In this document: piece after piece, positions 12,440-24,991 of the stretch
Layout of the letters: every line of letters starts with the position of its first letter
How positions within the stretch are numbered: position 1 is the first letter of the stretch
Origin: Pseudogymnoascus verrucosus
Lineage: Eukaryota
Reading direction: 5' to 3' (one strand)
Assembly: GCA_001662655.1 (NCBI GenBank)
Contig: KV460280.1
Length of the DNA: 64,000 nucleotides
Position numbers and translations under genes: made by a program
Notes under the pieces: model-generated
What the model saw: the letters and a program-made list of their open reading frames with translations, nothing else
The model's database searches: none
Told to the model about the DNA's origin: nothing

Positions 12440-13310
12440 ATTATGTGGTGGTAGGGCGGGTGGTAGGGACAGTAGACGAGGAAAGGGAAAATGGAAAAGG
12501 GAAAGAAAAAAAAACTGAGATGATTGGATGGAATTGGTGGATGGGGGGAGGGATTGGAGAGGTTTGGGGAGAAGGGATTGGAGGGATTGGAGGGATTAGA
12601 GGGAGTGGAGGAAAATGGGAGGATGAGATGGGATGGAGAGAAGGAAAAAGTGGGGATGGAATATGGGGGATGGGGGCAGGGTTACTTGGGGGTACTTGGG
12701 GTGTACTTAGATTGGGGGGGGAGGTGGATGGATAAATAGAGGTGGTGGTGGTAGAGGTGGTAAGAGGGAGAATAAGAGAGGTTGGTAGGGGAATAAGGGA
12801 GGGTAGTAGGGGGTGTGAGGAGGGAGTGTAAGGGGGGTGGTAGGAAGTGGGTAGAGGGAGTGGAGGTGGTGGTACTGTTAAGGTGGTTGTGGTGGTAGAG
12901 TTGGTAGTGGTTGTGGATGATTTGTAAGTTGTATTAGTGTAAGGAGGGTGTGGTGGTAGCTGGTGCGTTAGACAAAGAGTGTAGAGGGTGTAGAGGGTGT
13001 AGAGGGAGGAGATGCACAGTGTTGGTGGGTATGTTAATGGGTGTGTTAATAGGTGTGTTAATGGGTGGTAGTAAGAGAGGAGGTGGGTGTGGTAAGAAAT
13101 GGTAAACAGTAGGAGGAGAGTGCTAAGAAATAGTAGGTTGGTACTAACAATAGTATGTCTCCTAGGGGGTGTACTAAGAGGAGTGTGACTAACAAGTAGG
13201 AGAGTGTGTGACGGGAAAGAAAGAGGGGAGAGAGGAGGAGAAGAGAGTGGTAGGAGACAAACAGGAAGGTTAGGGAGGGTGTTAGGGAGTAAGAACAACA
13301 AAACAGCACC
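12440..13310 (+). repeat. Low-complexity G/A-rich tract with short tandem repeats (GGGATTGGA, GTAGAGGGT)
   Basis: Strong purine skew, almost no C on the + strand, many G runs. Confidence 0.75.
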
Positions 13311-15258
13311 CAAATCCCATCAGTGGATGGGATGCTACAAAACCGAGAGATTCACCCTGCGCTGGGCCAGTATAACCATCCAAGTCCCTCGAAGTACCAT
13401 CCCCGTACCCACCACCCACCGTCTCCTCGCTCCTAGACCCAATTCCCGCCTCCTAACTGGTCAACACCTCGACTACTAACACTACAAAAGACACCCAGTG
13501 GATGCCAGCCAGAGGTACAACAGCGCACCCACCTCGATACCGCGGTTCCCACCACGCCAATGCCCACGATGCATGTAACAGTGCCGTTGTGCCGTGGTAG
13601 AGTTGTACCAGAGAGTTAGGAAAGAAGTGTTAGAAGAGTTGATCGAGTCAAGTCGAGTCTCGGCGGTGGGTGGGTGGGCGGTGGGTGGTAGTTAAAATGT
13701 GACTGCCGGGATGGATGCGGTGTAGACTAGACGGTAAGAAAAGTCACGTACACTCCCTAACAGCCCATCTATCATCCCCCCTAACAAAACGCCCTTCTTC
13801 CCCTTTTCCTTCCCTCTCCTAACCCTCACTAACAAAAACCCTCTCCTCCCCTTCTCCCGCTCACCCTGTCCCTGTCCCCTCCTCCTACTACTGCTCTACC
13901 ACTCACTGCTCACCAAAAAACCGCTTTCCACACAATCTCTCGTGCCTATGACGAAACCACACATAAGTGGGTCTCTATCACGTTAACCCTCCTGTGATAG
14001 GTTGGGTGGATGGGAAGGGCGGCCCACTTTCCGACTACCGTAGTGCTGGTGTGTGGACACTTAGACTTTCTGTACTCTGCTAGTTGACTTGGGGGCACGA
14101 GAGCATGTACTGTGGTACGGAAGTGTACCGAGGGCGGATTCACGTTCAACGAGTCGCGTCTGATTTTCAGCGTTGGGGGATTGTTAATCCACGACGCGGA
14201 CAAGGAGTGATAGGGATATAAGTATTATACAGTATTACACTTCATCTCCATCCCAATACACATATACAGTGTATACAGCATCTAGCATACTAACCCCCCC
14301 CCCTAGAAAAACCAAATCCATTTTTTCGCTTTGTCCCAACCACGAACAGCGTTGCGTCATCACTTCGTCATTTTCTCCGCCTGCCGCTATTCCATTTACG
14401 GCGCGTGCATATCACTAATCCTGTTATAGTTTAGTCTCCTTGTGGGGTACCCAATCATGTGTCTACTGGCATGCAAGGGGCGGGGCAGGGGATTGGTAAG
14501 CAGATATCGAGGAGCATGGCTGGTGGTTGGGACGGATTGGGGATGGGGAAAGGGGGGAGACGGATTCGGTGGTGGTTATGTGAGGGGTGATGAGACGGAT
14601 TGGGGATAGGAAGGTAAGGATGGAAAAGGGATGGAAGACTATAGGAGATGGGGGAAGATGGTAGGAGTGATCGGGGGTAGAAGGGGAAAGTAGGTAGTGG
14701 GAGGTGAGGAATGAGGTAAGTCAGAAGAAACGTCACTGCCAAGTGTGACGATGTGCATAAGCTGAGGCGTCGGAGGGGAGAGGGGTATGTAAGGTACCCG
14801 TGGGAGGATGACGAGGTGAGGGGTTGATGGGTGATGGGTGAGGTGGATGACGATGTGAGGGGTGTTATGTGCTGTGAGGATGGATGGTGAGGATGATCAG
14901 GATGGTGAGGATGGATGGTAAGGATGATAGATGCTGAGGATGGTGGTTTTGTGAGGTGAGTATGGTAAGCATGGTGAGATAAGTGAAGGTAAGGTTTGCC
15001 ATTCTGTTGTTTCTCAGATGACGTGTATGATGAGTTTTCGATGTCAGATGTGGTGAGTAGGTTGTGGTAAGTAGGTGTGAGATGAGATGTAAGTTTAGAG
15101 TTCTTCCATTTCAATGCTGAGGAGTACAATAGCCTTGCAAGATGAAAGCTGGTAATAGCTCGAGGTTGACATGTGTGAAGGTATTTCCATATTACCCCCC
15201 TACTTCAACGATGGCCATGATATATTTCCGATTCAGCTAAGATACGACGTCTCACCAT

Positions 15259-17228
15259 CTACGCAGGATACGCCCCCCCATCCCCCCTCAAATCACTCCC
15301 CCCCGAATCCACCCCATCCCTCCCCCTTTTCACCACCTGTCCCCTCCCAAACAACCCCCTCTCCCACCCCCCCACAACCTGCACCTTATGTCCCAAGCCC
15401 CTCAACCCCTCCACCACCTTCTCATCAACCCCCTCCTCCACATAAACAGTAACATCCAACACCTCCCCCTCATCCGGCATCCCAGCCCCAATACACACCC
15501 TCGGCGCGTCGAGGGCTTGCTGGGGGTTAAACCCGAATGCGCGCATATTCAACAACACCTGGACGTGGCCTTGGGGTTGCATGAATCCCCCCATCACGCC
15601 GAGGACGCTGTGCAAGCTGTCATCACTCGCGTTAGTAGTCAAGGCAGGGATGATAGTATGATACGGCCTCTTCCCCGGCGCCAGCACATTCGGATGTTCC
15701 TTATCGAGACTAAAATTCGCCGCGCGATTCTGGAGAGTGAATCCGCATCCCTGGGGCACGATAGCGGAGCCGAAACCGGTGTAATTGCTATTAATAAAAC
15801 TCGCTGCGTTACCCTCCGCGTCCGTGACGGCGAAGTAAACGGTGTCGCAGGAATTCAACGCCGGTGAGCCGCGCGTGGGCACTGGTGTCGCGCGCGCCGG
15901 GTCGAAGAGCGCAGCGCGCGTGGCGAGGTAGGAGGAGGAGAGCAACTCGGCGGTTGGGACGCGGACGGCGTTGGGGTCTGCGACGAACCAGGAAGCGTCG
16001 GAGAAGGCTATGCGGAGGGCTTCGATGATGGCGTGGAGGTAGGGTGCTGTGTTGTGGTCTTCTGGTTTGAAAGCTGGGATTGTGCCAGCGGCCTCCAAGG
16101 ATTCGAGAATACCCAATGCCATTAAAGCGACGATACCCTGGCCGTTGGGAGGGTGTTCCCACAGCTTGACAGCGTGGGAGGCGTCTGCAGAAAAGGGTTT
16201 GCCGGCGTTCTGCCCGTTGAATGTTAGGGCGATGGGGGAGACGTGCTCGGTTCCCAAATTCGCATGATTCGACAAATCCTCCGCCGTAAGCCGTCCCCCG
16301 CGATCAGCAAGCACTTTAACAAGCGCCTCGCCCACGCGGCCGCTGTAGAACCCTGCCTTCCCTTCTGTAGCCAACGCGCGGAAAGTAGAGGATAAATTGG
16401 GGTTGTGGAAGAGTTCTCCTGGGCCGGGGGCGCGGTAGCCGTCAGGGGATGAGGAGTCGGATTTGAGGAGTTCGGCGTAGTTGGGGGAGGCGGCGCGGAG
16501 ACTGGATTCCCCGCGTTGCCACTGCGAGGGGAGTTAGTTTGGGGGGTTTAAAGGGGGTTTTGGTGGAATGGAAAAGGGGGAGGGGACGTACAGAAGCAGC
16601 TGCGATTTCAGAAACAGGGAACCCCTTCTCTCCCAGCTCGATGGCGGGGGCGAGGATCTGTGATATAGAGAGCTTTCCGCTACCGAAACTCTCAACTGTG
16701 TCGACCCACCCTGCAGCAGCTCCGGGGACTGTGACTGCGTGCACGCTATCCAGGGGTATCGAGCCCTCCTGCCCCTCCTTGAGCCCGAGATCCTTGCGGA
16801 TAGTTTCGAGCGAGCAGTTTGCGCCTGCGCGGCCAGAGCCGTTCATGGCGGAGACCTTCTTGGTTTTGGCGTCGTAGTAGAGACAGAACATGTCGCCGCC
16901 GATGCCGGTGCTGCAGGGTTCGGTCATGTTGAGTCCGGCGGCTGTGGGGGGTTAGATGGTGCTGGCTGGTGGGTTGGTGGGGGGGAGGGACATACCGACT
17001 GCTACTGCGGCATCCTGGGTTTATGTTAGTGATGTGTCTTGTGTGGGATGTTGGTTGACTTACAGCTGCGTTTCCGCCTTGTTGTAAGATCCTGAGACCG
17101 CATCTTGCTGCCAATGGTTGCGTGCAGGCGATGATTCCGTCGGTGCTGTGGACGACGCTCCTTCGGCTTGGGAATTGGGCGAATGCGGGGTTTGAGGAGG
17201 GTGGGATGGCTTCTGCGTTTAGAGCCAT
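15259..17228 (-). CDS. Gamma-glutamyltranspeptidase (Ntn-hydrolase)
   Basis: [22 protein letters not shown]-terminal nucleophile Thr in [20 protein letters not shown] and [12 protein letters not shown]. Several introns, including those flanking a 19-nt exon at 16996-17014. Confidence 0.92.
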
Positions 17229-17927
17229 CTTGGGCAGTTGTAGGTGTCTATGATAGTAAGTGGCTTCTTAGTATTATCGATGAAGCTGTCTTGATTGCGC
17301 CAAGTTCGTGGTTGTATGCAGCCAGTAGATTCCAAGGACATATACGGAAAGCTTCACCTTTTGAAAGGAGATCTAAGAGTCAAACAGGTCCCGATATACT
17401 ACACTACGGCGACGAACCCCCGAAGCCTAACAGCCACCCCGCCCGACCGTGATACGTGAAAGTGGGGGTATCTGGGATAAACAGTCCTGTCCGAAGGTGG
17501 GAAGCCGCTGTACCCGTGGGGCATATGCCATCATGCACGGCGGGGTAACATGTGGACGCCGAAACTCAAAAATCGGCTTCCTCTACCCCGGCCGAGGCTC
17601 GGAGGCGCGTCGGCATCCCCGTATCCCACGCCGATATAGCATAACATCACTTCAATCTCACAGAAAACTAGTTGTAACACATGCTACACCCGTCCCTGAC
17701 CATCTGCCGAGATATAAACGTTGCCGCCAAGAACCCTCCCCCGATTTTTGTTCCACACAGAACCCCCAATCCATCGAATTCTGCCAGGGCGGTGATGGCA
17801 CGGCCTATCATTTCTCCGCCAGGGCCCGAAACATTTTTGGCGCCGCGGGTTCGGAATAACCTCACGGCTTGGGGGTTGCACTTCGCGACGACCTAGATAA
17901 TCCTCGCTGCGATTTAGGTATCCCAGC

Positions 17928-19311
17928 ATGATTCGAAGTCCGTGGGTATGTCGCAGATGCATCACCGCACTCTCCAAGCCAGCTAGGCGGCAGCAGCAGC
18001 CTATCCGCTTCCAAAGCATAGGTACGACCGATCCAATCCCCCCCTCCCCGATGCGCAAGAGCACCCGCTAATCATCCCCAAGCTACGAGCAATGAATTCA
18101 TCAGTCCCGCGCTCCTCACGCGCGCCCGATCCCTTACAAACGAATATGCCTCCCTAAGCGCCAAAACTAGCGATACCTTTGACAGCAAACTCGCCAAACG
18201 CATTGGGGAGCTGCAACCCATAGCCTCCTCCCTCGCCTCGCTCGATACAGCAACTAGCTCGCTCACGGAGCTGCACGCCCTCCTCTCCGACCGCAGCACC
18301 GATCCCGAGCTGCGTGAACTCGCGGAGGAAGACCTCATAGCTACGAAATCGGAAGTCGCGTCCTTATCCCAAAACCTCAAGACGGCGTTGACCCCGATAC
18401 ACCCCTTCGCCGCCCTGCCATGCCTCATCGAGATCAAACCTGGCGTGGGAGGCAGCGAAGCTAATCTTTTTGCTGGCGACCTGCTGCGCATGTACCGTGC
18501 CTACTGCGCGCGTCGCGGCTTTCAGTCGTCGTTGCTCAAGTACGAGACTACGGACGGTACAACGGGCGCGGAGTCCGAAGCGCCGATCCTGGAAGCGATT
18601 CTGGAGATTTCGGATGCAGGCGCATATGCGGAACTCCGATGCGAGTCCGGTGTACATCGCGTGCAGCGCGTCCCAGTGACTGAGGCGAAGGGGCGAACGC
18701 ACACGAGTGCTGTGGGTGTGTTAGTACTTCCTAGCATCCCGACGACCGGGGGGGAGAAGTCGATAGGGGAGGCGGATCTTAATGATCCCGAGAGCGATTA
18801 CTACGTCAACACCACGGATGTGCGTGTTGATGTTATGCGAGCTCGTGGTGCGGGGGGGCAGCACGTTAACACGACTGATTCTGCGGTTCGCCTGACGCAT
18901 ATACCCACGGGTACTGTGGTAGCGATGCAAGATTCGCGATCTCAACACAAGAACCGCGAGAAAGCGTGGAATATCCTGCGCGCGCGCCTGGCGCAGGCGA
19001 GGCGGGAGAAGCGGGAGGAGGAGGTCCAGAAGGTGAGGCAGGCGGCTGGGGGCGGGACGAAGTTGGGAAGGGGGGATAAAGTGAGGACGTACAATTGGGG
19101 ACAGCAGCGGGTGACGGATCATCGGAGTGGTCTTAGTGTGTTTAATTTGGATGAGGTTATGGACGGGGGTGAGGAGCTGGAGAAGGTGATGCAGAGTGTA
19201 AGGACTTGGTTGGGGGAGAGGGATATTGAGGATTTGGTGTTGGAGGAGGAGGCGAAGGCGAAGGAGGCCGAGAAGGGGGGCGCGGGTGGGAAGGGGAAGG
19301 GGAAGAAGTAG
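17928..19311 (+). CDS. MRF1: Mitochondrial peptide chain release factor 1
   Basis: GAGGQHVNTTDSAVR (GGQ motif), ESGVHRVQRVPVT (PxT), RSQHKN and RTYN. Basic N-terminal presequence MIRSPWVCRRC; intron 18022-18082. Confidence 0.92.
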
Positions 19312-20068
19312 GGGTGTAATGAATATTGTATGATATTGTAACACTACGACGATATAGAAAATCATAGAGAAGCATATACATGCCCGGGGCGATTAAAACA
19401 AGCGCTGAGCTCACCCTAAATATTTCGAGAGGAACTGTGGATGAGAACACTGTCTGCAGTAACTTTAGTTCAGGTAAATGCGTCCAGTCACTCAAGACTA
19501 TAATCAATTGTAGGTAAGAAAATGACGGAGATACCGTGATATAGTCTATATTATCATGGTTTTGACACTGTAGGACCCCTGCCCACCATCTCCCCCCACA
19601 GCACCCAAAAGTCCTCATTCCTCCTCAACGAGCAGGGTAATATGAAGCCGCCCAAGTCGCAGCCACATAAATTATCTATCATCTAACAATCATATCATGG
19701 CGCGACGAAGCAGAGCAAAACTTAGCGGCCTGGTATCTGGGGATTAAATGTTTGGTCAGCATTGTGGTTTTCTCCGCACGATAAGCGTATTGGCGCCCCA
19801 CACATCGACGAAATCGGTTTCTCGGGTCTCCCAAAAACTGTAGAATTGAGCGGGGTTACCGGGTACCCCAGATTTACCTCCGCACCAGCCTTGCACCACA
19901 CCTACAGCGACGACAACGACGAGAACGACCGGAACGACTGCAACGGCGACAACGAGCCATACACATCACCAGTATCGTCACCGTCACGACAGCAAGCGCA
20001 CCGCGAAACCCACGCAATCTTGGCCTCACTCAACCTTGACGGCGCCAACGGTGCCACCAACCCCAGTC

Positions 20069-22310
20069 ATGACCGAACTCGACTGGATGCACTTTACTGC
20101 ACCTCAGACTCGGCGCAAACGTGCAGAGCTAGTCTGTATTGCCTGTCATTCCAAGAAGACCAAATGTGATCTCCAAAATAGGACAAACCTTGGTCACCAA
20201 AACTGTACGACTTGTAGCACTCAAAATCGAGAATGTTGTGTTCGTCCAACTAGGCGCGAAAAGCGCCAAAAGGTGCCGGCCCGAATCACAGGTTCGACCT
20301 CGTTACAATGCCATAGCCGATAAGGATACTAACAATTCTTCAGAACCTTCACCTACTTCCAACGTCATGCAGACACCCGAGAGTATCCGACACGGTCACT
20401 CTATATCCCAGCAAGTTGAAACTTCAACTCATATCTCCAACCCCGAAATGGGAGCGCCAAATGGCCCCTCCCCTACAGCAATCAGCAATTCCGCAGCCAA
20501 ACGATTTCAAGACTCAGTCCACCAACAACAGAACCAAGATCTACCAGGTCTCTCAGATGATTTCCACCAACAGCGGAACGATTCACTAGGTCATCAAGCC
20601 AACTTCCCAGCTGCCCCTCAGTCTCAAGCAAGCAACGAGCATACGGAGACTGGGGAGGCACACACGGGTGATGTAGACACCGGATTTCTACAAATATATG
20701 ATCTTGAGCATCGACGGTTAGCTGAGAGTCACGCTCTTGTTTCAATATTAGAACAAAAGGAAGTCGCAGAGCCTCTGCAGCTGGATCTCCAGCAAAGCTT
20801 CATCGAAACTTACTTTGAATATTGCTATCCCTTTTGTCCCATATTATGCCGAGAAACTCTCCAGAACGACCTAACTCGGTCTCCTCTGCTCGCAAATGCA
20901 CTTGCTGCTGCCGCGAGTAATATTCAACCTCCATTAATTCCGCACGAGGGTTCCGCTGCATACTACAAGACGGCTCGATCGCTGTTCTATAATGATGAGG
21001 AGGCCGACGGCATGACTTCTTTGAAAGCTATAGCATTATTCTATTGGTGGGCTCCTATCGGGACGACGATAGTTCATAGGCATTCGTCGTGGTGGTGGAC
21101 GTCGGTTCTCATACGACATGCTCAACAGATGAATTTTCATCGCGAACGTAGTCTTGATCTCTATCGGGGGGATAATCTAGACTTTAGTCTGCGTCGCAGG
21201 ATCTGGTGGACTGCTTTTGTGGGTACAAATCCATTCTATGACCTCACCGATACTAATAGTTTCAAGGCTCGAGAGCGCCTAACGGCATTATGCCAAAGTA
21301 AGCCCTGCATCATAGATCCAGACGACTGCAACATTTCAGAGCCAACACTTGCCGACTTTCCAAGCAACCCACAGGACCAGGCTAAGGGCGAGATCTTTAT
21401 ATATTGGGTCCGTCTATGTGCCATCATTGGTCGTGTAGCCAAGGTTCTCTTACGCTCTGCCGCCGATGAGTCGGCGCCATCACCCCCTTTCCCATTTCAT
21501 CTACGGCAGGAGCTTATCGAATGGGTTCATTCTCTCCCTCCCCACCTCCAGCTTCCCATAAGCTCAGCGCGCACAGAGAACTTCAATCGGAACGTGCATC
21601 AATTGCACCTCCCATATCTCACAGTGATTACCATTCTACATCTCAAGCGATCAGCTCATTCTTTACCACAAGCTCTACCGCCGGCAATTATGGCGGCATC
21701 TTGCATCGCACGCATACTTCGGGATATATTATCGCGAGGCAGTGCACGATTTCTCATGGCTATTACGTGCTGGTACAGTGGAACGGCATTTATTGCTCTA
21801 CTGCAAGCATGCCATGTCGATCACCTCTCCCGGGACGCTAATAGAGATCTAGACACTCTTGTGCAAACCGTCAAGCAGCTCCAAACAATGTGGGCATCAG
21901 CAAACGTCCTTGTTGATGGTTTCGATCGCCTCAGGAACCAGAGCAGCACCACTACTACCTCGGCCACTGCCGTTTATAAACCGAGGATGACAACGAATGA
22001 CCATCCTCTCTCACCCGACAATGATCTCGGCACCCCCAGCGCGCCAAGAATATTATCAGCACAGGTTGATCAACAAGGCATGGGTATGCCAGACGACGAT
22101 GATTTTGACTGGATGGCATTCTTTCCATTCGTGACGAGCGCAACCAACGGAATAGCGGAGAAGCTCCTCTCGGAACGAGCCAATGGAAGTGCCACGAGAG
22201 GATTTCCGTCGCCTAGTAATGAGTTATTTCACGAGAACATCATGATGCAGTATCAGGATCTTTTTGACCCGTTCTTGCAAAATTACTCGTGGGCTCCTGG
22301 ACCTGAGTGA
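20069..22310 (+). CDS. Zn2Cys6 transcription factor with fungal-specific TF domain
   Basis: CIAC-x6-C-x12-C-x2-C-x6-C. Intron 20292-20343 joins it to the long ORF; RRRIWWTAF motif; in-frame intron 21219-21266. Confidence 0.9.
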
Positions 22311-22709
22311 TCTTCTAAAAGATTGCATATGACCCATGCGAAGCGAGAGGAACGATGAGTATTGTACTGATAATTGTAGCAATTGGGTGTTATGGTTATA
22401 TACACAGGTGTTATAGGCCTTGACTATAGGTCTTTTGCAAAGTCTCTAGACAGATGCCAAGGAATTACGAGCAGACGCTCATCATATATATGGCGATGCC
22501 CACTTCAACGATGCTTTTTATAATGAATCGCGAGCTGAAGTATTTGGCGAATGGGTTGATATTATAATTCAATAGCTTCTAAAATAAAGCTTAACTACCA
22601 ATTGCCCTTTAACTCATACTAAATTATTGATTATTGAAAATACTCAAAACCAGCCTCCTAGCTACTACAGTTCCTTACTTTCTGTCCGTTTCCCAACAAT
22701 ATATGTCGC

Positions 22710-24526
22710 TTACAGAATGTATCTGAACTGAGGATTCTAAATCACGAAAGTTAGCAAACAATCTCTAAATTCCACAATCTCAGCACTTACCTTCATATCC
22801 GTCAGGTCATCCTCATAAGCATGCTCAAATCCTTCCATGATACCAGACTTGTCGCGTTTGCGATTATCCAAAATACATACTAATCGGTACGCGGCAATAA
22901 ATCCAGCAGCAACGATTGCCGTAATGACAACAGCGACGAACCCAGGAACATAGCGAGGTGCGTCCACTGGCTTGAATAGCAAGGGGCCAACAAAGTTACC
23001 TAGCAGAAGCGTTAGTATGCACTTATAAAGCTAGAATCGGAAAGGTATCTTACCCAAGCAGTACCCGATGTATAAACCGGATGACGCGATGGACCTCTTC
23101 GTATAACCAGCAATATTAGCGATTTGGAGGCCCATGACAACAGCATATCCTCCTCCGGTTGCTGGCAGGATGTAAACAGCAAATAACAATGCTCCGGTTT
23201 GGGTTCGGGGCAGAAGCCATAACAACAACGCTCCGGTAGTCGTGATGCACTGGCAAACGATGATGATGTAGGTTCGAACGCCTGCGAATTTCATTGCCAG
23301 GAACGGCGCAACCAGCTGAATAGTTCCTGCGAAGGCTCCAGCGGGTGTCATGAGAAGTAGGGAGTTCAGGGTGCTGAATCCAAAGCCGTTGATGATGATT
23401 GGCATGAAGGTCGAGATGAGGCCGTTGGCAATCATCATGAGGAATGCGGTTGAGATCATAATCCAGAACTTGAGATCAAGGAGTAATTCGGTGATCTGGT
23501 TCTTCTTCAGATGCATGTTTCGTACGCCGGAGTTGTTGCTGCGCAGACGCGAAATGGCGATGAAGCGTTGTCTTTCGTCGAAGATGGTTGTTCGGATTGG
23601 GTCGGGTGGGAGCACGAACCAGATGGCAACTCCCCATAAGGTTGTTATGGCTCCGGCAAAGAGATACATATACTTCCAAGATGAGAGAGGTCCGCTGGTG
23701 ATCTGTCCGAATCCGTAGTTGATGAGAGGAGAGAAGATGGACACGTAGCCAGTGCAACTGTACCAAATTCTGAAGGACTGTCAGTGATCCGTACGGGTTG
23801 TCTTTGGAGGAACATGACTACTCACCCCATTCTAAAGGCTTGCTCGTTCTTCTTGTACCAACTTCCCTTTAGAAATAGTTAGAACAGCGTGTAGTGGAGG
23901 ACGAGTTGTTCCGAATACTTACAACAATAAGCATGAAGAGAGGACTGATGCCAGACTCGAGCAAACCGAGGAAGAAGCGCTGTGCATATAGTCCCTGGTA
24001 GTTGGTGCAAGCAACAGTAAGGATGAGACAGATACCCCATAGCACCACAAGGATGGATGCCACACGTTCGACAGGATATCTTTGAGCCAAGATCATGGTT
24101 GGGTAAGCCCCAACGATGTAACCAAGATAGAAAATAGCTGCTGAGAAGGAGTAGCGATTGCCCGTCTTCAGGCCCAAGTCATCCCTGAGTCCGAAAATAG
24201 CCTATCCAAGTCAGTCTCTCGTCAATGACTCGACGTTAAAAGCAGAAACTCACAGCTTGACTGAGCATTGCCTTGTCGTAGTACTGTAAACAGTATGTCA
24301 TGCAGAGCACTGGCATCAGCTTCCAATCGATGATTCTTCGCACCCGCTTCTCCTCCTGATCAGTCCACGTCTGGTCACCATCATACTTTTGAAGAACTTT
24401 CAATGCTTCATCGAAATGCACAGTATCGGTTGTTGGTGCAGTCTTGAGATCTTCCATCTCAACGTTTGAAGGAGTGGTGACACCTTCTGTCTGGATGACC
24501 TGAGGCTTCTCCGAAGTGCTGCTCAT
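22710..24526 (-). CDS. MFS transporter, allantoate permease (Dal5-like) / anion:cation symporter family
   Basis: IDWKLMP, QYYDK, RFFLGLLES, NIAGYTK, C-terminal DLTD..NPQFRYIL; multiple TM segments; several introns. Confidence 0.9.
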
Positions 24527-24991
24527 AGTGACTGATCGAAAAAATTATTGCACTCTTGGGTGTCAAGAGGTAGGATGTGTTGGATGCCGATCCAGAGCTT
24601 TGATAAACGACCTGGGTAAAGGAGGATCAGATATAAATACTCATGCAAAGGGGCTCTAGCAACCTCCTAGTCACATTTCCCCAGACCAAGACTACGGGAT
24701 AGACTATGGGGTATGGAGTATAGCTACGGGGAAAGCTACGTGATGCATACTCTGGAATTGAAAATGCTAGGGGGCGAGGCCGGGTTGCGTGGGCTTTGTT
24801 TCTTGGAGCGGCACAATGCGCTAGTTCAAATGTGGATTGCCGGTCCCTGGGCCTCTAAGAAGTGCGGGGAAAGCATCTCCACATTCTTGGGGTGTTTACC
24901 CCGCTCAGATATCCCGCTCCGAAATATCGGAAATATTGAAATAAGACGCTTGTGGCGCATTCAACACAACAACACAATAATATACGCAACT

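Noticed and set aside
12441..13313. 290-aa minus-strand ORF (and the similar one at 14455-15129)
   Set aside because: These are Pro/Leu/Thr/His low-complexity read-throughs of G/A-skewed DNA with no domain or splice support.
19850..20068. Thr-rich open frame upstream of the TF ATG resembling the ACG-rich array
   Set aside because: There is no in-frame ATG, and the similarity is only simple (ACG/AAC)n content.
20139..20343. Apparent frameshift between the zinc cluster and the TF body
   Set aside because: It is explained by a canonical intron at 20292-20343.
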